Source of the DNA: a virus
DNA length: 64,000 nt
Virus record (IMG/VR): IMGVR_UViG_3300012943_000002
Location: 36,718 to 100,717 of that record
Reading direction: 5' to 3' (one strand)
Positions 59,578-64,000 of this stretch are shown here, in pieces; the first letter of the stretch is position 1, and each line of letters opens with the position of its first letter. The notes under the pieces are model-generated. The model did not search any database. It saw only the letters and a program-made list of their open reading frames with translations, and had not been told where the DNA came from. The translations under genes and the position numbers were made by a program.

Positions 59578-60129
59578 ATGAAAAAACGATCTCCAACCTA
59601 TAATGAATTGGTCTTTTCTATCCATAAATTGAGAGAACAAGCTATTGATAATAACATATATAGTAATACAATTACTAGCTCTGGATATGAGAGAATTAAG
59701 ACTGGTAATGTAACTAGTAGAATACCTCAACCTATTGTTATATCAGTGCATGATCTACATAGACAATCTACTTTGTATGAATGGGATTTAATAGGTATTA
59801 TATCTGATGAGTTGAAGGAGTATAACTGTTTATGGTATTGTACTCCTGAACTTAAAAAGAAAAATACATATAGAAGTGCAATAGCTGGTCTTATTGGTAG
59901 AAATATATTAACTAAGACTGAGACTACAAATATATATTTAGTCAATCCTCTTTATATTAGAAGAGGTGATATATTTGGTGTACTATCAACTACTGCTAAC
60001 ATGTTAGAGGATGAAGTAAAAGTAGGTGTAGAACATATAACTAATAAGAGACCAATTAAAAGTTATAGCACTATAAATACTATACCTACTATAGAGTATG
60101 GTTATACACCTGATGATATAATATCATAG
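59578..60129 (+). CDS. RepL-like winged-helix DNA-binding protein
   Basis: TYRSAIAGLIGRNIL.K....IYLVNPLYIRRGD motif typical of plasmid RepL-like proteins. Confidence 0.6.
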   Translation: MKKRSPTYNELVFSIHKLREQAIDNNIYSNTITSSGYERIKTGNVTSRIPQPIVISVHDLHRQSTLYEWDLIGIISDELKEYNCLWYCTPELKKKNTYRSAIAGLIGRNILTKTETTNIYLVNPLYIRRGDIFGVLSTTANMLEDEVKVGVEHITNKRPIKSYSTINTIPTIEYGYTPDDIIS

Positions 60130-60298
60130 GTAAATATAGATATATCTAGTACTGACTATAAGAATATAAGGTTACTTTCACCCTTACTTAGAAATAGTTA
60201 TTTTTCCTAATGCCTTGTGAAACTCGGCTGTACCTATCCATTTAGTCATATTGCATATTCTTAATCAGTACTAGATATATTTATACTTTTGATGGTAA

Positions 60299-60646
60299 TT
60301 AAATGTCTGTTATTTGATTAGTTATTTCTATATCACCATTGTATACTTTATAACCATATCTAATTGCTTCATAAACTGCTTTACCTCTTGTTTCACAACT
60401 ACCAACAAGCCCTTGATTTAAACCAGAGTTATCACTATAAGGACTTTGTATTCTCCTAAAGTTATAAGTCTCTCTATCTTTGCTGTCTGTATCAGATACC
60501 ATTACATAGACAGTGTCTCTTATGGCATGTCTGTTGTTCTCAGCTTTGAGCATTTCTAATGTCTTAATGGCTTTGAAGTCGTTGTCGCGTATTAGGTCTT
60601 CACTTGTATTAATACGAAATAGTTTGTTGTTTCTTAATAGTAACAT
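60299..60646 (-). CDS. Hypothetical early protein
   Basis: ORF with AAACATTCAATC-ATG leader. Confidence 0.6.
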   Translation of the reverse strand: MLLLRNNKLFRINTSEDLIRDNDFKAIKTLEMLKAENNRHAIRDTVYVMVSDTDSKDRETYNFRRIQSPYSDNSGLNQGLVGSCETRGKAVYEAIRYGYKVYNGDIEITNQITDI

Positions 60647-60904
60647 GATTGAATGTTTTATTGGTGTGATTAAATAAAAGGCTATTAATTATTTGTTATG
60701 TAGGGATTTGAGATGCTTTTGAGAGGTGTTGAAAATATGCGTTAAGTCTTAGAACTACACTTACATACCCTTATACATACAAAAATACTATTTACCAAGT
60801 ATAAAATAGCTCTTATAGTAAGAAATATGATGTTTGTGTATGCATAGGATATGAGGAATAAAACAAATGGACACCACACCATTATAGTGTAGTGCCCATT
60901 GCAG

Positions 60905-61195
60905 TTATATTACTGCTACGGTGTTCACTGTAATATTACAGATACAGCCATCATAGAAGTTATCATCATCATAACGGAATGACATTGGTTTAGTAAAGTC
61001 AATATCCAACTGTACCTTGAAATTATGCTCAGGTGTGACAGCAAATAGCTTGCCTGTAGTCGGATTCTTTACAATATCAATGGTATCAATACCAAGTTTA
61101 GCCTTTAAGTCTTTGATAGACATAAATGTAGCTTTTGCAGGTGTAGTAACTACTGATACTGTACCTACTTCAGGAATTTGAGATTCTGTTTGCAT
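60905..61195 (-). CDS. Conserved small early protein
   Basis: FMSIKDLKAKLGIDTIDIVKNPTTGKLF; preceded by the repeat motif and followed by a hairpin. Confidence 0.7.
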   Translation of the reverse strand: MQTESQIPEVGTVSVVTTPAKATFMSIKDLKAKLGIDTIDIVKNPTTGKLFAVTPEHNFKVQLDIDFTKPMSFRYDDDNFYDGCICNITVNTVAVI

Positions 61196-61312
61196 TTGAA
61201 TGTGATTTAGTGATTAATGAATATGACAATATTGTCAAACATTAGTAAGGGCTGTGAGGGTAGTATTGACTATGAGATAAACACAACCATATTAATAGTT
61301 GTGTTTATTGAG

Positions 61313-61387
61313 TTACCAAAACCTCCAGTTGAGATTAGTTGGAGTATCAAATGTGAAGAACTCCTTTAGCCATTTTCTGAATTTCAT
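61313..61387 (-). CDS. 24-aa micro-ORF MKFRKWLKEFFTFDTPTNLNWRFW
   Basis: Between a repeat-motif copy and hairpin ataaacacaac/gttgtgtttat. Confidence 0.4.
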   Translation of the reverse strand: MKFRKWLKEFFTFDTPTNLNWRFW

Positions 61388-61493
61388 AACCTATACTTTA
61401 ATGATATACCAATATTGGCAATCATTAGATAGGGCTGTGAGGTTAGATAACCATGATAGAGGAAAAGGGGTATTATCCCCTTTATTTGTGTAA

Positions 61494-61700
61494 TTATCCT
61501 CTTAGTACTTTATTCCAGTAGGTCATTATTCTATGCAGTTCTTCAGTCGTTGTACCATACTCTCTACCATCAAAGGTAAAGCCAGTTGCTCCCGGTGTAA
61601 GGTACAATACTTCTTCAAGTGCATTTAAACTTAAATCAACATAGTACTTCAGTACATTGTATATATCAATTAACATTGTATTTAGGTTTAGTTCAATCAT
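61494..61700 (-). CDS. Small hypothetical early protein
   Basis: ORF starting at or just after a repeat-motif copy. Confidence 0.55.
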   Translation of the reverse strand: MIELNLNTMLIDIYNVLKYYVDLSLNALEEVLYLTPGATGFTFDGREYGTTTEELHRIMTYWNKVLRG

Positions 61701-61724
61701 TAGATAGGGCTGAGAGGGAAACTA

Positions 61725-61982
61725 CTATCTATTTAATAGTTCTGCTTCTACCATTTCATAATCCCAATTAGGATGTTGAAAGTGTATTAGATCAACTAGA
61801 TAAGCATCTGTCCCTTCTTTACAATGAGTATAGTTAATAATAGCTTGTTTTGCATCATTAAGATGTACACCTTTGTAAGGACATTTATCAAATGGACATT
61901 TGTGAGGTGCATTCTCATTGTTATAATACTTAATTGATAGCAGTGTTACTATCACTACTACTAATACTAATAGATATTTCAT
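61725..61982 (-). CDS. Small exported or membrane-anchored protein with Cys/His cluster
   Basis: Likely start MKYLLVLVVV; HKCPFDKCPY. Confidence 0.6.
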   Translation of the reverse strand: MKYLLVLVVVIVTLLSIKYYNNENAPHKCPFDKCPYKGVHLNDAKQAIINYTHCKEGTDAYLVDLIHFQHPNWDYEMVEAELLNR

Positions 61983-62384
61983 GATGATAAGTTTAGTCAA
62001 TAATTAGTTGGGGTTGTGAGATGAGCTATATGCATAATACAATAGATTAACACTGTGAATCTACATCATTTGTTGATGACCACTTGTGTTAATCATATTG
62101 CATTGTGATAATAATTATAGAGACAGTACAGCAGATGTGTCTCATCTGCCAACACAGTGCTATCACTACTCTAGTTTATGAGTAGCACCATGAACACACT
62201 ATATTATATACTGTCGGAGACTTGAGTTTGCCTACACTTTTGAGGTGGGGGGGACTTTGATCTCGAAAATTAGAGGGGGCTGTGTGATGGGGACACTCAC
62301 GTTCTCACAATCCCTACAAAAAAATTTTTTTAACATCTATCACAAAAATTCCATCCAAAAAAAATAGTTTGGCATAATATTTTG

Positions 62385-62392
62385 TACATTTG
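62385..62392 (+). promoter_or_regulatory. Bacteroidota -7 promoter element
   Basis: TACATTTG 37 nt upstream of the first plus-strand gene after the strand switch. Confidence 0.55.
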
Positions 62393-62429
62393 TAGTATTA
62401 ATTAATTAATCAAATAAAACCCCTTAACA

Positions 62430-62756
62430 ATGTTAAATTTAACAATCACCACAGATGAAAAGGTACACGTAAAGTTGAATCCAGTAACAGCTACAGGTAA
62501 ACCTGCTGTAGTAGATGGAGTTCCAGTATGGTCAGTAGTATCAGGTAATGGTACTATAGAGCCTGATGCTGATGGTCTTGGAGCTTTTTTAATCTCTACA
62601 GATGCAGTAGATGGTATTGATACTATTTATATGGTAGATGCCGATGCTGATCTTGGACCTGGAGTTACTGATATTCAAGATACTATTACTTTAACCACTA
62701 CTAATGCACAAGCTCAGAGCTTAGGACTTACATCTGATGCACCAGTTAGTAAATAA
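62430..62756 (+). CDS. Ig-like beta-sandwich protein
   Basis: PVWSVVSG..TIEPDADGL.A pattern; acidic, Thr/Val-rich. Confidence 0.6.
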   Translation: MLNLTITTDEKVHVKLNPVTATGKPAVVDGVPVWSVVSGNGTIEPDADGLGAFLISTDAVDGIDTIYMVDADADLGPGVTDIQDTITLTTTNAQAQSLGLTSDAPVSK

Positions 62757-62766
62757 TTAAAATACT

Positions 62767-63087
62767 ATGCAGATAGATATTCTATTATCTAATGTCAAAG
62801 TATATGACATTAATAGGTTTGATGTTGTACTAGATGAAAAATTTAGTTTAATATCAGATGATACTACTACAGATTACAGGTGGTTTTCTGACAATGATGA
62901 AGTACTTAATATAGTACTGTCAAGTAAAAGTAGTGCAGATGTTACTGCCACTAAAGAAGGACAGTCTACTATATTAATTATGGATAGTAGCCTTGCTGTT
63001 ATAAAGACTCTTACTGTTTCAGTTAAGAAAAGTCTTGAAGTAGCTACTAGTTTAAATATCAGTGCAGGTACACCAGTAGTGAAATAA
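62767..63087 (+). CDS. Ig-like (Big_2-type) protein
   Basis: WFSDNDEVLNI.......VTATKEGQSTILI. Confidence 0.65.
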   Translation: MQIDILLSNVKVYDINRFDVVLDEKFSLISDDTTTDYRWFSDNDEVLNIVLSSKSSADVTATKEGQSTILIMDSSLAVIKTLTVSVKKSLEVATSLNISAGTPVVK

Positions 63088-63108
63088 GTATATTGGGTTG
63101 AATAAGTT

Positions 63109-63139
63109 AAAGAGGAAGGAGAAATCTTTCCTCTTTTTT
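63109..63139 (+). terminator. Intrinsic terminator
   Basis: aaagaggaagga-gaaa-tctttcctcttt followed by a T-run. Confidence 0.85.
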
Positions 63140-63184
63140 ATTTAGAAAATTTTTTAGTTTTTACATTTTAATCTTAAAAATGAT

Positions 63185-63192
63185 TATATTTG
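63185..63192 (+). promoter_or_regulatory. Bacteroidota -7 promoter element
   Basis: TATATTTG after the terminator, 19 nt upstream of ATG 63212. Confidence 0.6.
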
Positions 63193-63211
63193 TATCTGAA
63201 ATTTTTTTCAA

Positions 63212-63451
63212 ATGGAAAATAAGGAACACTTAATACAGATATGTTTTTATGCAGAATTTCACTTGTATGATATAGTATATTTAATAACAGATAAAGAGCA
63301 GTTACCTAGAATGATTACAGGTTATTTTTATGGTGGTACTAGGAATGAAGTGATGTATGAGTTGACTTGTGGAGCATATATAATGGATAAGTGGTTTAGT
63401 GCATCAGAAATAAGTTATAATAGAGATGTAATATTATCTTCAACGAATTAA
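63212..63451 (+). CDS. Hypothetical protein
   Basis: F.LYDIVYLITDKEQLPRMITG. Confidence 0.65.
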   Translation: MENKEHLIQICFYAEFHLYDIVYLITDKEQLPRMITGYFYGGTRNEVMYELTCGAYIMDKWFSASEISYNRDVILSSTN

Positions 63452-63452
63452 G

Positions 63453-63836
63453 ATGAAGCAGATTAGGAAAGTTTTAAGACTAGGTAAGATAGATTTTTAT
63501 GAGACACATTTGTCCATTATAAACTGTATGTTTCCTGTAGAGGTTAAGATGACACCTATGGAGATTAAAGTATTAGCTGCATTTATGGCTTTAGAAGGTG
63601 ATGTTGCACAGTTTAGATTTGGACCAACTGCTAAGAAGATAGTAATGAATAGTGTAAATCCAGAGAAGCCATTATCTCCAGCAGGATTATCTAATTATAT
63701 TACTTCACTTACTAATAAGAAGTTTATAGATAAGTCTACTGATATGCCTAAAATAATTCCTCTACTCACATTAGAAGGAGATGAGCAAGTATACATGATT
63801 AAACTAATTAAAACAATAGATAATGTACCTAACTAG
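63453..63836 (+). CDS. Putative winged-helix DNA-binding protein
   Basis: MTPMEIKVLAAF...LSPAGLSNYITSLTNKKFI. Confidence 0.6.
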   Translation: MKQIRKVLRLGKIDFYETHLSIINCMFPVEVKMTPMEIKVLAAFMALEGDVAQFRFGPTAKKIVMNSVNPEKPLSPAGLSNYITSLTNKKFIDKSTDMPKIIPLLTLEGDEQVYMIKLIKTIDNVPN

Positions 63837-64000
63837 TAATGTAGAAATAGATGTTAAACAATTTGCTATAAATATAGCAATGCAATTGCATAATAATGGT
63901 AGTATACCTTCAATGATAGATACTGGATCATTATCAGGTGAATTTGATACTAAAAAAGTATTAGAAATAATGCAACAGCAGAATATAGTGTTTGCAGAAC
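63823..64000 (+). CDS. Partial ORF running off the window (MYLTSNVEIDVKQF...)
   Basis: Open frame from ATG 63823 to the window end. Confidence 0.5.
   Translation, partial: MYLTSNVEIDVKQFAINIAMQLHNNGSIPSMIDTGSLSGEFDTKKVLEIMQQQNIVFAE

Larger units (their letters stand above)
59328..62290 (-). repeat. Dispersed ~22-nt motif, 6 copies (minus-strand consensus CTCACAGCCCYHWCTAATKWTYG)
   Basis: Copies at ~59328-59351, 61236-61259, 61419-61442, 61694-61717, 61998-62020, 62264-62287. Confidence 0.8.

Noticed and set aside
21754-61493. Short opposite-strand ORFs overlapping real genes or RNAs (e.g. 25660, 31002, 39715, 40600, 49827, 50133, 59727, 61299)
   Set aside because: Shadow ORFs; 50133..50324 is simply antisense to the tRNA-like RNA
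61700-61727. Readthrough fusion of 61725..62000 with 61494..61700 (same frame)
   Set aside because: Two consecutive TAG codons and a repeat-motif copy separate them
59328-62020. Repeat motif as a conserved peptide (SQPxLI/M)
   Set aside because: Some variants look synonymous, but copies are not consistently inside started ORFs (one follows TAG TAG), so a DNA-level role is more likely
59328-62290. CRISPR array interpretation of the repeated motif
   Set aside because: Spacing is irregular (~180-1900 nt), copies are degenerate and separated by genes; no cas genes
1-64000. Genome-wide TAG or TGA reassignment as in some crAss-like phages
   Set aside because: Genes are long and intact under the standard code, and TAG, TGA and TAA all serve as real stops; only two isolated TAA breaks were seen

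Overview
AT-rich dsDNA phage genome segment of the crAss-like (Crassvirales-type) group, most likely infecting a Bacteroidota host (TAnnTTTG promoters, A-rich leaders without Shine-Dalgarno sites). 1-19.9 kb (+): giant virion-ejected proteins including the ~4000-aa virion RNA polymerase (DIDID motif). 20-59.4 kb (-): lysis/envelope candidates, nucleotide metabolism (dUTPase, class II RNR, ThyX, dNMP kinase) and replication/repair genes (RIIA-like, PD-(D/E)xK nuclease, RusA-like, UDG, primase, SSB-like, AAA ATPase, intein-containing DnaB, SF2 helicase, family A polymerase, Dda-like helicase), then small probable early genes. 59.5-64 kb: RepL-like gene, short cassettes each preceded by a repeated ~22-nt motif, a strand switch at ~62.3 kb and Ig-like genes. 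No capsid, portal or terminase gene and no CRISPR array were recognised. The most unusual content is a non-coding RNA cluster at 50-60 kb: two tRNA-shaped RNAs whose anticodon arm is replaced by a longer hairpin, a twister-ribozyme scaffold interrupted by a 126-nt structured insert, and several other long-stem RNAs, all around a PvcA/DIT1-like enzyme gene. Other oddities are two genes broken by a single in-frame TAA, an AAA ATPase with Walker B before Walker A, and a zincin-like domain with swapped metal ligands. All family calls come from motif reading by eye, with no database search.
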